Shown here: piece after piece, positions 29,792 to 38,418 of the stretch | Layout: each line of letters begins with the position of its first letter | How positions within the stretch are numbered: position 1 is the stretch's first letter | Source: an uncultured Thermoleophilia bacterium | GTDB taxonomy: Bacteria; Actinomycetota; Thermoleophilia; UBA2241 | NCBI GenBank assembly: GCA_903927755.1 | Contig: CAIYOD010000139.1 | Span: 185 to 64,184, forward strand | DNA: 64,000 bases | Reading direction: 5' to 3' | Notes under the pieces: generated by a model | The model's database searches: none | Seen by the model: only the letters and a program-made list of their open reading frames with translations | What the model was told of the DNA's origin: nothing | Position numbers and translations under genes: made by a program

Positions 29792-30046
29792 ATGAACGAG
29801 CCGGACTGCCCCTACCTCATCCGCGAGACGATCGCGTATCGCGAGAGCCTCGACCTGTCCCGGACGGCGCCGACCACGGTGATCGTGAGCTGGCAGTGCT
29901 CGCACCCGTTCCACGGCATCCGCCTGGAGCTCGGGGACGCACCCGGCCACGTCGCCGACCACTGTTCGGCCTGCACGTTGCCGCGACCGGGTGGAACGAA
30001 GCGAAGGGATGAGCCGCGGCGCCGGCAGCCGGACGCCGTCGAGTGA
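29792..30046 (+). CDS. Small Cys/His-rich hypothetical protein (84 aa)
   Basis: It fills the gap between ymdB and nuoN. Third-codon positions are almost uniformly G/C over the first 60 or so codons. Four Cys (C6, C35, C58, C61; HCSAC) and several His are present. No obvious SD. Confidence 0.55.
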   Translation: MNEPDCPYLIRETIAYRESLDLSRTAPTTVIVSWQCSHPFHGIRLELGDAPGHVADHCSACTLPRPGGTKRRDEPRRRQPDAVE

Positions 30047-30061
30047 CGCGGCCGGCCTGGC

Positions 30062-31603
30062 TCAGCCGCCGATGAGAAGGCGCAGCGCGCCTTCCGCGGC
30101 ATCGAGGAGCGGGCCCGGGAAGAGACCCACGAGCACGACGCCGAGCGCCGCGACCGTGACGGCGGTGATCACGCCGACCTGCGAGCTCTCGACTTCTTCC
30201 GTGACCTCCGCCCCTTCGGGCGCCTCCCGGAAGTACATGTACCAGACGACGCGCAGGTAGTAGTACGCGGACACGGCGCTCATCACGACGGCGATGATGG
30301 CGAGCCACGTGAGGTCCGCCTGGATGACCGCCGTGAACAGGTAGAACTTGCCCCAGAAGCCGACTGTCGGCGGGATGCCCGTCAGCGACACCATGAACAG
30401 CGCCATGAGGATCGCCGGCCACGGCAGGGTGCGGCCCAGGCCGGCGAGGCCTTCCAGCGAGTAATCGTACTCGCGGCGCGCCCGGATCCAGATGAGCACG
30501 CCGAAGGCGCCGAGGTTCATGAGCGCGTAGGCGGCCAGGTAGAACAGGATGGCGCTGACGCCGAGCGTGTCCCCGCTCTTGCCGGCGGCGATGATGCCCA
30601 GAGTCAGGTAGCCGGCGTGGGCGATGCTCGAGTAGGCGAGCATGCGCTTGAGGTTGCGCTGAGGCAGCGCGAGCACGTTCCCCACCACCATCGTGAGGAT
30701 CGCGAGAATGATCATGATGTGGCCCCAGTGGGTCCAGTCGGCGCCGGCGGCCATCAGGAAGAGCTTGGCGAAGCCGAGGAAGGCGGCGGCCTTGACGCCG
30801 GTGGCCATGAAGGCGGTGACCGGGGTGGGCGCCCCTTCGTAGACGTCAGGCGCCCAGCTGTGGAACGGCACGGCCGAGACCTTGAAGCCGAAGCCGGTGA
30901 CGACGAGCACGAAGGCGACCACCAGGAAGCCGTCGGCGGCGAGCCCGTTCAGCTGCAGGCCGGCGAGGCCGGCGGCGATGCCCGAGTAGGTCGTCGCGCC
31001 GGTCGCCGCGTACAGCAGCGCCAGGCCGAAGGCCAGGATCGCCGACGAGAAGGCGCCGGTGACGAAGTACTTGAGCGACGCCTCGGTCGACTTCTCGTCG
31101 CGCCAGATGTAGCCGGCGAGGATGTAGGTCGGCAGCGACATGAGCTCGAACGAGACGAAGAAGGCGATGATGTCGGTGCTGATCGCCATGCCGATCATGC
31201 CGGTGACGATCAGAAGGAGCAGGCCGTAGAACTCGCCGCGCGCGGCCTGCCGCCTGGCGAGGTATGCATCGGAGAGCAGCACGGCCAGGACGCCGATGGC
31301 GCAGAACAGCACGACCGCGTACAGCGCGTACCGGTCGTGCCCGATCATCCCCGCGAAACCGACGACGGCCTCGCGGCGACCGAACGTCAGGCCCCCGGTG
31401 AAGACACGCCAGACGGCGAAGCCCGCGGTCCACTGGCCCCACTGCCCGATGGCCACGGCGGCTCCGCACAGCAGGCCGGCCACGGCGATCCAGGCGAGCC
31501 CGCCCTTGCGCTTGAGGAAGAGGTCGGCGAGGAAGACCACGATCGCGGCGACCGCGACGACGACACCGGGGAGGATCACGGAGACGGTGTTGTTCAGCGG
31601 CAT
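30062..31603 (-). CDS. nuoN: NADH:quinone oxidoreductase subunit N
   Basis: 513-aa polytopic antiporter-like protein, last gene of the nuo operon and directly abutting nuoM. Confidence 0.9.
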   Translation of the reverse strand: MPLNNTVSVILPGVVVAVAAIVVFLADLFLKRKGGLAWIAVAGLLCGAAVAIGQWGQWTAGFAVWRVFTGGLTFGRREAVVGFAGMIGHDRYALYAVVLFCAIGVLAVLLSDAYLARRQAARGEFYGLLLLIVTGMIGMAISTDIIAFFVSFELMSLPTYILAGYIWRDEKSTEASLKYFVTGAFSSAILAFGLALLYAATGATTYSGIAAGLAGLQLNGLAADGFLVVAFVLVVTGFGFKVSAVPFHSWAPDVYEGAPTPVTAFMATGVKAAAFLGFAKLFLMAAGADWTHWGHIMIILAILTMVVGNVLALPQRNLKRMLAYSSIAHAGYLTLGIIAAGKSGDTLGVSAILFYLAAYALMNLGAFGVLIWIRARREYDYSLEGLAGLGRTLPWPAILMALFMVSLTGIPPTVGFWGKFYLFTAVIQADLTWLAIIAVVMSAVSAYYYLRVVWYMYFREAPEGAEVTEEVESSQVGVITAVTVAALGVVLVGLFPGPLLDAAEGALRLLIGG

Positions 31604-33196
31604 CTAGAACAGCCCCCTGACTGAGTCGACGAGCTGCGCCAGTGCGCCGATGCCCGCGCTCGTGTCGTTCAGCGACGGGGTGACGCGGTGGAGGATCACT
31701 TGCACGGGCACGTGCAGGAACTCGAGGAACGTCTGCGGGTAGACGCCCATCCAGATGACGAAGACGACCAGCGGGAGCAGCGAGACGATCTCGCGCAGGC
31801 CGAGGTCCTTGAGCGCGAACGAGGGCTTGACCTCGTCGTCGCCGCGGTCGTTGAACATCGTGCGCTGGAACATCCAGAGGAGATAGGCGGCGGCGAGGAT
31901 CACGCCGAGCGCCGCCACCGCCGCCATCCAGCGCGAGTACTCGAAGACACCGAAGAGGCTGAGGAACTCGCCCACGAAGCCGCTCAGCCCCGGCAGGCCC
32001 AAGGAGCCGAAAGCGAAGAACAGCAGGAAGCCGGCGGCAATCGGCATCGGCTTGGCGAGCGAGCCCATGTCGGCGATCAGCCGCGTGTGCGTGCGCTCGT
32101 AGATGAAACCGACCATGAGGAAGAGGGCGCCTGTGAGGAACCCGTGGCTGAGCATGACGAGGATCGCGCCCTCGATGCCCGCGGCGTTGCCGACGAGGGC
32201 GATGCCCGCGAAGATGCCCGCCGTGACGAAACCCATGTGGCTCACGCTCGAGTAGGCGACGAGCTTCTTGAGGTCCTTCTGCATCAGCGACACCAGCGCG
32301 CCGTACACGATCGCGACCACCGACAGGCCGACGACCCACGGGACGAAGGTGACGGCGGCGTCCGGGAAGAACGGCAGGCAGAAGCGCAGCATGCCGTAGC
32401 CGCCCATCTTCAGGAGGACGCCGGCCAGGATGACGGACCCTGCCGTCGGCGCCTCGACGTGCGCGTCGGGGAGCCAGGTGTGGACCGGGAACATCGGCAC
32501 CTTGATGGCGAAGGCCACGAAGAAGGCGAGGAACGCCCAGAACTGCAGGTGGTAGGAGTACACGACCTTGCTGAGCGCCTGGATGTCGAACGTCAGCGCC
32601 CCGCTCGAGTCCTTGACGTAGTACACGACGGCGATGATCGCCAGCAACATGAGCAGGCTGCCGATGAGCGTGAACAGGAAGAACTTGATCGCCGCGTAGA
32701 TGCGCCGCGGACCACCCCACACGCCGATGATGAAGTACATCGGGATGAGCATGGCCTCCCAGAACACGTAGAAGAGGAAGAGGTCGGTGGCGCAGAACAC
32801 GCCGACCATGCCGACCTGGAGCAGCAGCAGCGAGACGAAGAAGCCCAGCTCGCGGTCCTTGACGTAGTTCCAGCTGGCGATGATGACGATCACGCCGAGC
32901 AGCGTCGTGAGGAAGACGAGCAGGGCGGCGATGCCGTCGACGCCCATCCCGTAACGGATGTTGAGCGGCTTGATCCAGCTGATGTTCTCGGCGAACTGCA
33001 TGCCGGGCAGCTTGGTCTTGAAGGCGAAGAGCATCCACGCCGACAGCGCGAACGCGGCCAGCGTCACGATGAGCGAGATCACCTTGTAGACGACCGGCTT
33101 GCCACGGCCGACGAGCAGGATCAGCACCACGCCGGCGAGCGGCAGGAAGGTGATGACGGAGAGCAGCGGGAACCCGATCTGATCGCTCCAGCTCAT
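31604..33196 (-). CDS. nuoM: NADH:quinone oxidoreductase subunit M
   Basis: 530-aa antiporter-like membrane protein (MSWSDQIGFPLLSVITFLPLAG...), positioned between nuoL and nuoN. Confidence 0.9.
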   Translation of the reverse strand: MSWSDQIGFPLLSVITFLPLAGVVLILLVGRGKPVVYKVISLIVTLAAFALSAWMLFAFKTKLPGMQFAENISWIKPLNIRYGMGVDGIAALLVFLTTLLGVIVIIASWNYVKDRELGFFVSLLLLQVGMVGVFCATDLFLFYVFWEAMLIPMYFIIGVWGGPRRIYAAIKFFLFTLIGSLLMLLAIIAVVYYVKDSSGALTFDIQALSKVVYSYHLQFWAFLAFFVAFAIKVPMFPVHTWLPDAHVEAPTAGSVILAGVLLKMGGYGMLRFCLPFFPDAAVTFVPWVVGLSVVAIVYGALVSLMQKDLKKLVAYSSVSHMGFVTAGIFAGIALVGNAAGIEGAILVMLSHGFLTGALFLMVGFIYERTHTRLIADMGSLAKPMPIAAGFLLFFAFGSLGLPGLSGFVGEFLSLFGVFEYSRWMAAVAALGVILAAAYLLWMFQRTMFNDRGDDEVKPSFALKDLGLREIVSLLPLVVFVIWMGVYPQTFLEFLHVPVQVILHRVTPSLNDTSAGIGALAQLVDSVRGLF

Positions 33197-33197
33197 G

Positions 33198-35096
33198 TCA
33201 GCTCCCCCACACCCAGGCGAGGACGACGACGAGCGCGATCATGCCGCCGAACACGTACAGTGCGTAGTTCTGCACGCGGCCGGTCTGGATGGGCCGCAGC
33301 CGGTCGCCGATCCAGCCCCACAGCAACGCGATGCCGTTGACGGCGCCGTCGATGATCTTGGCGTCGACGAAGGTCCAGAGCCAACCGGCGAAGCCGAGCG
33401 TGGCGCCGACGGGCACGACCGCGTAGATGTCGTCCATGTAGACCTTGTTGAGGCTCGCCTTGTACGCCCACGGCACGCGCTCGGCGATGCGGCCGGGGAC
33501 GTCGGTCTGGCGCATGTACAGCCACCAGGCGATGGCGATGCCGACGAGCGCCAGCACCAGGGAGACTCCCATGAGCGCGCCGCCCTCGCCGATCCACGTG
33601 AACGGCTCGTGCTCCAGGTCGAAGAACACCGGCTCGAGGAAGCCGTGCAGCCAGCCCGACTCGGGCGGCACGCCGACCAGCAGGCCGAGCCCGAGCGCCG
33701 GTATCGAGAGAAGGATGAGCGGCACGGTCATGACCGGCGGCGACTCGTGGATGTGCGCCTGCACCTCGGCGTCGGAGCGGTTCTCGCCGAAGAACGTGAG
33801 GAAGATGAGGCGGAACACGTAGATGCCGGTGAGCAGCACGATGAGGAGCCCGACGGCCCAGACCAGGTAGTAGCCGTCGATGAAGGTCGCACCGAGGATC
33901 TCGTCCTTCGCCCAGAAGCCGGCGAAGGGGATGACGCCCACCATCGAAAGAGCGCCGATGAGCATCGTCCAGAACGTGATGGGGATCTTCTTGCGCAGCC
34001 CGCCCATCTTGCGCATGTCCTGCTCGCCGCCCATGGCGTGGATCACCGAGCCGGAGCAGAGGAACATGAGGCCCTTGAAGAAGCCGTGCGCGAACAGGTA
34101 GAAGATCCCGGCCACCCACGCTCCGGCCCCGAGGGCCACGAACATCAGCCCCAGGGACGAGATGGTGGAGTAGGCGATCACCTTCTTGATGTCGTTCTGG
34201 GTGATCGCGATGTACGCCGCGAAGATGGAGGTGAAGATCCCCACCACCATGACCACGGTCATCGCCGTGTCGCTCTGGATGAACAGCGGGTAGGAGCGCG
34301 CGACCATGTACACGCCGGCGTTGACCATGGTGGCGGCGTGGATGAGCGCGCTGACCGGCGTGGGGCCTTCCATGGCGTCCGGGAGCCAGACGTGCAGGGG
34401 GAACTGCGCGCTCTTGCCGATCGCGCCGGTGAAGAGCAGCAGGCAGATCCAGGTCATGAGGCTCGGCGCGATCTCGCCCTTCTCCGCCGCCTCGAACACG
34501 CCGGTGAACTGCAGCGTGCCGGTGGCGACGAAGATCGCGAACATCGCCAATGTGAAGCCGAAGTCGCCGACTCGGTTGACGATGAACGCCTTCTTGCCCG
34601 CCTGACTCGCGCTCTTCTTGCGGAACCAGAAGCTGATCAGCAGGTACGAGCAGAGGCCGACGCCCTCCCAGCCGAGGAACAGCAGGAGGTAGCTGTCGGC
34701 GAGGATGAGCACGAACATCGCGAACATGAACAGGTTGAGGTAGGCGAAGAACCGGTAGTAGCCCTCGTCCCCGTGCATGTAGCCGATCGAGTAGTAGTGC
34801 ACGAGCATGCCGATCACGCCGACGACCAGCAGCATGACGCCGGTCAGCGTGTCGACCTGGAAGCCCCACGGCACCGTGAACTGGCCGGCGGCGATCCAGG
34901 TGAAGGCGTTCCAGACGAACGTCTCCTCCTGGTGGCGGAACGCCCACTCGAAGCCGTAGACGGACAGCACGGCCGAGATGGTCACCATGGCCACCGGGAA
35001 GATGTGCGCGTGCTTGCCCCAGCGCTTGCCGAACAGCAGCGTCACGATGAACCCCAGCAGCGGCAGCAGCGGGATGAGCGCGACGGCGATCTTCAT
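33198..35096 (-). CDS. nuoL: NADH:quinone oxidoreductase subunit L
   Basis: Antiporter-like subunit with a long C-terminal extension. The preferred start is ATG at 35096 (MKIAVALIPLLPLLGF), preceded by GGAGGGGA. The ORF track starts it at 35114. Confidence 0.9.
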   Translation of the reverse strand: MKIAVALIPLLPLLGFIVTLLFGKRWGKHAHIFPVAMVTISAVLSVYGFEWAFRHQEETFVWNAFTWIAAGQFTVPWGFQVDTLTGVMLLVVGVIGMLVHYYSIGYMHGDEGYYRFFAYLNLFMFAMFVLILADSYLLLFLGWEGVGLCSYLLISFWFRKKSASQAGKKAFIVNRVGDFGFTLAMFAIFVATGTLQFTGVFEAAEKGEIAPSLMTWICLLLFTGAIGKSAQFPLHVWLPDAMEGPTPVSALIHAATMVNAGVYMVARSYPLFIQSDTAMTVVMVVGIFTSIFAAYIAITQNDIKKVIAYSTISSLGLMFVALGAGAWVAGIFYLFAHGFFKGLMFLCSGSVIHAMGGEQDMRKMGGLRKKIPITFWTMLIGALSMVGVIPFAGFWAKDEILGATFIDGYYLVWAVGLLIVLLTGIYVFRLIFLTFFGENRSDAEVQAHIHESPPVMTVPLILLSIPALGLGLLVGVPPESGWLHGFLEPVFFDLEHEPFTWIGEGGALMGVSLVLALVGIAIAWWLYMRQTDVPGRIAERVPWAYKASLNKVYMDDIYAVVPVGATLGFAGWLWTFVDAKIIDGAVNGIALLWGWIGDRLRPIQTGRVQNYALYVFGGMIALVVVLAWVWGS

Positions 35097-35124
35097 GTAC
35101 CCGGTCCCCTCCACGTGACCCCCG

Positions 35125-35433
35125 TCAGCCCTTGAGCTCGTCGAAAGTGTCGGTCTGCACGGTGCGCCTGTTGCGGTAGTTGGCGATCACGATCGCCAGG
35201 CCGACGGTCACTTCGGCGGCGGCCAGCACGATGATGAAGAGCGCGAAGAGCGTGCCCGCACCCTTGGCGCCGGCGCGGAAGTTGGCGGTCGCGACCAGAG
35301 CCAGGTTCACGGCGTTGAGCATGATCTCGAGGCTCATCACCACGAGGATGACGTTGCGGCGCGCGAGCACGCCGAACGCGCCGATGCAGAACAGCAGGAA
35401 CGAGAGCAGCAGCCACCAGTACAGGGCGTTCAC
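35125..35433 (-). CDS. nuoK: NADH:quinone oxidoreductase subunit K
   Basis: GTG start at 35433 preceded by GAAGGAG. The product reads VNALYWWLLLSFLLFCIGAFGVLARRNVILVVMSLEIMLNAVNLALVA.... The ORF-track entry 35125..36060 is an over-extension through nuoJ in another frame. Confidence 0.9.
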   Translation of the reverse strand: MNALYWWLLLSFLLFCIGAFGVLARRNVILVVMSLEIMLNAVNLALVATANFRAGAKGAGTLFALFIIVLAAAEVTVGLAIVIANYRNRRTVQTDTFDELKG

Positions 35434-35942
35434 GGGCGCTCCTTCTCGCGCGTCGCCAGCACGATGGCGCCGATCATGGCGGCGACGAGCACGAGCGAGA
35501 CGAGCTCGAACGGGAACACGTAGCGGTCGAAGATGAGCCGGGAGAGCTGGCGCAGGCCCGGTGTCAGCGACTTGTCGCCGATCTGGCCGATGTCGGACGA
35601 CAGCGCAACGAAGGCGAGCACCGCGGCGCCGACGAGCGCCACGACGGCGGCGATCGCCGTCTGGCGGTTGAAGAAGAGGTCGTACCCGCCGTGCTGCACC
35701 TCGGTGAGCATGATCGCGAAGATGATGACGATCGAGATGGCGCCGACGTACACGAGGATCTGGATGATGGCCACGAGCGGCGCGTTGAGCAGCGCGTAGG
35801 CGAACGCCACGCCGAGGAAGCAGAACACCATCGAGACGGCGGAGTACATGATCTTCCTGAACAGCACGACGCCGAGGCCGCAGACGAGCACCCACGCGGC
35901 CACGATGACGAAGAACCAGGGATGGAAGTCGCCGCCGGGCAT
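35430..35942 (-). CDS. nuoJ: NADH:quinone oxidoreductase subunit J
   Basis: 170-aa protein with about 5 TM helices (…IQILVYVGAISIVIIFAIML…). It overlaps nuoK by 4 nt and the upstream fusion gene by 1 nt. Confidence 0.9.
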   Translation of the reverse strand: MPGGDFHPWFFVIVAAWVLVCGLGVVLFRKIMYSAVSMVFCFLGVAFAYALLNAPLVAIIQILVYVGAISIVIIFAIMLTEVQHGGYDLFFNRQTAIAAVVALVGAAVLAFVALSSDIGQIGDKSLTPGLRQLSRLIFDRYVFPFELVSLVLVAAMIGAIVLATREKERP

Positions 35943-38416
35943 CAGGCCTCTCCCCCCGGGTCGTCCAGCGAAACCGGGTCGTCCTTGATCGGCTGCCAGA
36001 CCCAGCCCAGGCCACGCTCGGCGTCGAGGGCGTGCGGGACGAGATCGGCGACGGTCTCACGCAGCGAAGCGACCGGGCGCGACTCGCGGATGTAGAGCGA
36101 CTCGCGCGACATCGTCGTGCGGCTGTAACCGGCGAGCTCGAAGAAGTCGGTCTGCTCGAGAGCGTCGTAGGGACAGACCTCGACGCACTCGCCGCAGAAG
36201 ATGCAGCGGCTCTCGTCGAGGTCGTAGCTGCCGAGGATGCGCGGGTTGGTCTCGATGGAGCCCGTGGGGCACGTCTCGGCGCACTTGCCGCAGCTCACGC
36301 AGCCGACCAGCTGGAGCGGCAGGTTGTCGGCGGTGCTGACGATGGTGTCGAAGCCGCGGTCCATGTTGTCGTAGCAGCTCGACCCGACCTCCATGCGGCA
36401 CACGCGCACGCAGCGGCCGCAATTGATGCAGCGATTGGGCTCGCGCATGATGAAGTCGTGGCGGAAGTCGGCCGGGTAGTCGTGGGCGTCGCCACCGTGG
36501 AAACGATTCTTGAACACCTCGTACTCGATGCCGTACCGCTGCAGGTCGCACTTGCCGTTGGCCGGGCAGTAGCACTGCAGGCAGAGCTCGGCGCCGCGGA
36601 CGGCCTCGTCCTCACTGAAGCCGAGCTCGATCTGCGTGAAGTTGGTCTTGCGGTCGCCCGGCTCGAGCTTGGGCATCTCGGCCGGCGGGCTGGGATGCGA
36701 CACGTCGGTGGTCATGTCGATGAAGACCGGCGGGATCTCGGCCATGCGCGCGAGGCGCGGGTCCAGATCGGTCCGGTCGCTCAGCGCGTTGAAGAACGGC
36801 GTGGCCTTGAGCTCGGCGAGCGACTGTGAGAGGTCCGCCATGTCCTCGCCGCGCAGGAAGGCGTCCATGCTCCAAGCGGCCTTCTTGCCCTGGGCGACGG
36901 CTTGGATCACGGTCTGCGCGCCGAGCACGGCGTCGCCGCCGGCGAACACGCGCGGGTCCTCCGTCTGGAAGGTCCAGTCGTCCACCTGGATGGTGCGCCA
37001 CTTGGTGCGCTTGACGCCCTGCTCCTCGCTGGTGCCGTCGAGATCGGGGAACTGGCCGATGGCGGCGATGACCTGGTCGCACTCGATGACGAACTCGGAA
37101 CCCTCGACGGGTACGGGGCGGCGGCGGCCGGAGGCATCGGGCTCGCCGAGCTCCATGCGCTGCATCTCGATGCCGGTGACCTTGTTGGCGGCGTCGGCGA
37201 TCACGCGCACGGGGGCGCACAGGAGCTCGAGCTTGACGCCCTCCTCCTCAGCCTCGTCGACCTCGGTGTGGTGCGCCGGCATCTCCTTGCGGGAGCGGCG
37301 GTAGAGGCAGGTGACCTCGGCCGCGCCTTTGCGCACGCTGGTACGGCAGGCGTCCATGGCGGTGAAGCCGCCGCCGATCACCACGACCTTCTTCCCCACG
37401 TGCACGTCGCCGTTGAGCTCCAGCTCACCGAGGAAGTCGACCGCGGTGACGACGCCCTCGGCGTCCTCGCCGTCGCAGCCCATGCCGTTGCTGTTGAACG
37501 CGCCGAGAGCGAGGAACACGGCGTCGTACTCGGCGGTGAGCTCCTCGAGCTGGTAGTCGACGCCAAGCCGGCTGTTCGGCTGCAACTCGACGCCCATGCG
37601 CCACAGCACGTTGATCTCCTTGTCCAGGAGGTCGCGCGGCAGGCGGTAGCTCGGGATGCCGTAGCGAAGCATGCCGCCCGGCTTGGGCAGGGCCTCGAAG
37701 ATCTTGACGGAGTGGCCCTCGAGCCGGGCGTAGAAGGCGGCGGCGAGGCCGGCGGGCCCGCCGCCCACGATGGCGATCTTCTTGCCGGTGTCGGCCTTGG
37801 GCTCGACCGGCAGCAGCAGCTCGCCCGTCTGCTCCTCGTCGATCGTCTGATCGGCCATGAAGCGGTGGAGCTGGCAGATGGTGATGGGGTGCTCGACGAG
37901 CTGGCGGCGGCAGGGACCCTCGCACGGTCGCGGGCACACGCGCCCGAGCACGGCCGGGAACGGCAGGTCCTCGCGCAGCTTGCGCACGCCGTTCTTGTAG
38001 TCCTTGTGCGCGATGTAGTCGAGGAACTGCGGGATCTTGATGTGCGTCGGGCAGGCGTCGCGGCAGGGCGGCGTGCAGAAGGAGTTGTGGTCGCTGAGCA
38101 GCAGCTCGAGGTAGAGGTGCCGCATGGCGCGGACCTTCTCGGTGCTCGTCTTGACGACCATGCCGTCGCTCACGGCCGCCGAGCAGCTCGGGACCATCTT
38201 GCGGGCGCCCTCGACCTCGACGATGCACATGCGGCACGCCGCCGTGGCGGGCAGGCGCGGCTCGTAGCAGAGCGTCGGGATGTGGACGCCGATGCGCTGG
38301 GCGGCCTCGAGGATGGTGTCGCCGCGGTCGCAGGCGACCTCCTGCCCGTCGATGGTGACCAGCACCTGATCGGGTCGCGGCTTGGCCTGCGTGATGTTCT
38401 CGACGGTGGTCGCCAT
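35942..38416 (-). CDS. Fusion protein. It has a NuoG-type N-terminal [2Fe-2S] domain, then a GltD-type FeS/FAD/NAD(P)H oxidoreductase module, then NuoG-type [4Fe-4S] motifs, then the C-terminal half of NuoI.
   Basis: 824-aa single ORF with four recognisable segments. The [2Fe-2S] region is TLCYEPRLPATAACRMCIVEV. The GltD Fer4_20-like region is FCTPPCRDACPTHIKIPQF...GRVCPRPCEGPCRR. The dinucleotide fold is KIAIVGGGPAGLAAAFY, with a second GKKVVVIGGGFTAMD. NuoG-like CYCPANGKCDLQ, NRCINCGRCVRVC and CVSCGKCAETCPTGSIE follow. The terminal SRCIFCGECVEVCPYDALEQTDFFELAGY matches NuoI motif 2. Confidence 0.85.
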   Translation of the reverse strand: MATTVENITQAKPRPDQVLVTIDGQEVACDRGDTILEAAQRIGVHIPTLCYEPRLPATAACRMCIVEVEGARKMVPSCSAAVSDGMVVKTSTEKVRAMRHLYLELLLSDHNSFCTPPCRDACPTHIKIPQFLDYIAHKDYKNGVRKLREDLPFPAVLGRVCPRPCEGPCRRQLVEHPITICQLHRFMADQTIDEEQTGELLLPVEPKADTGKKIAIVGGGPAGLAAAFYARLEGHSVKIFEALPKPGGMLRYGIPSYRLPRDLLDKEINVLWRMGVELQPNSRLGVDYQLEELTAEYDAVFLALGAFNSNGMGCDGEDAEGVVTAVDFLGELELNGDVHVGKKVVVIGGGFTAMDACRTSVRKGAAEVTCLYRRSRKEMPAHHTEVDEAEEEGVKLELLCAPVRVIADAANKVTGIEMQRMELGEPDASGRRRPVPVEGSEFVIECDQVIAAIGQFPDLDGTSEEQGVKRTKWRTIQVDDWTFQTEDPRVFAGGDAVLGAQTVIQAVAQGKKAAWSMDAFLRGEDMADLSQSLAELKATPFFNALSDRTDLDPRLARMAEIPPVFIDMTTDVSHPSPPAEMPKLEPGDRKTNFTQIELGFSEDEAVRGAELCLQCYCPANGKCDLQRYGIEYEVFKNRFHGGDAHDYPADFRHDFIMREPNRCINCGRCVRVCRMEVGSSCYDNMDRGFDTIVSTADNLPLQLVGCVSCGKCAETCPTGSIETNPRILGSYDLDESRCIFCGECVEVCPYDALEQTDFFELAGYSRTTMSRESLYIRESRPVASLRETVADLVPHALDAERGLGWVWQPIKDDPVSLDDPGGEA

Positions 38417-38418
38417 GC

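Noticed and set aside
30617-35135. ORFs 30617..31624 (+), 30846..33038 (-), 31688..33340 (+), 33193..34947 (-) and 33195..35135 (+), overlapping nuoL/M/N
   Set aside because: They are alternative or antisense frames of the antiporter-like genes. Their products are charged and low-complexity, whereas the annotated frames give hydrophobic polytopic NuoL/M/N sequences.
35434-36060. The ORF-track entry 35125..36060 suggests a 311-aa protein
   Set aside because: Only the last 102 codons (from GTG 35433, preceded by GAAGGAG) are NuoK. The upstream part is an open alternative frame running through nuoJ.
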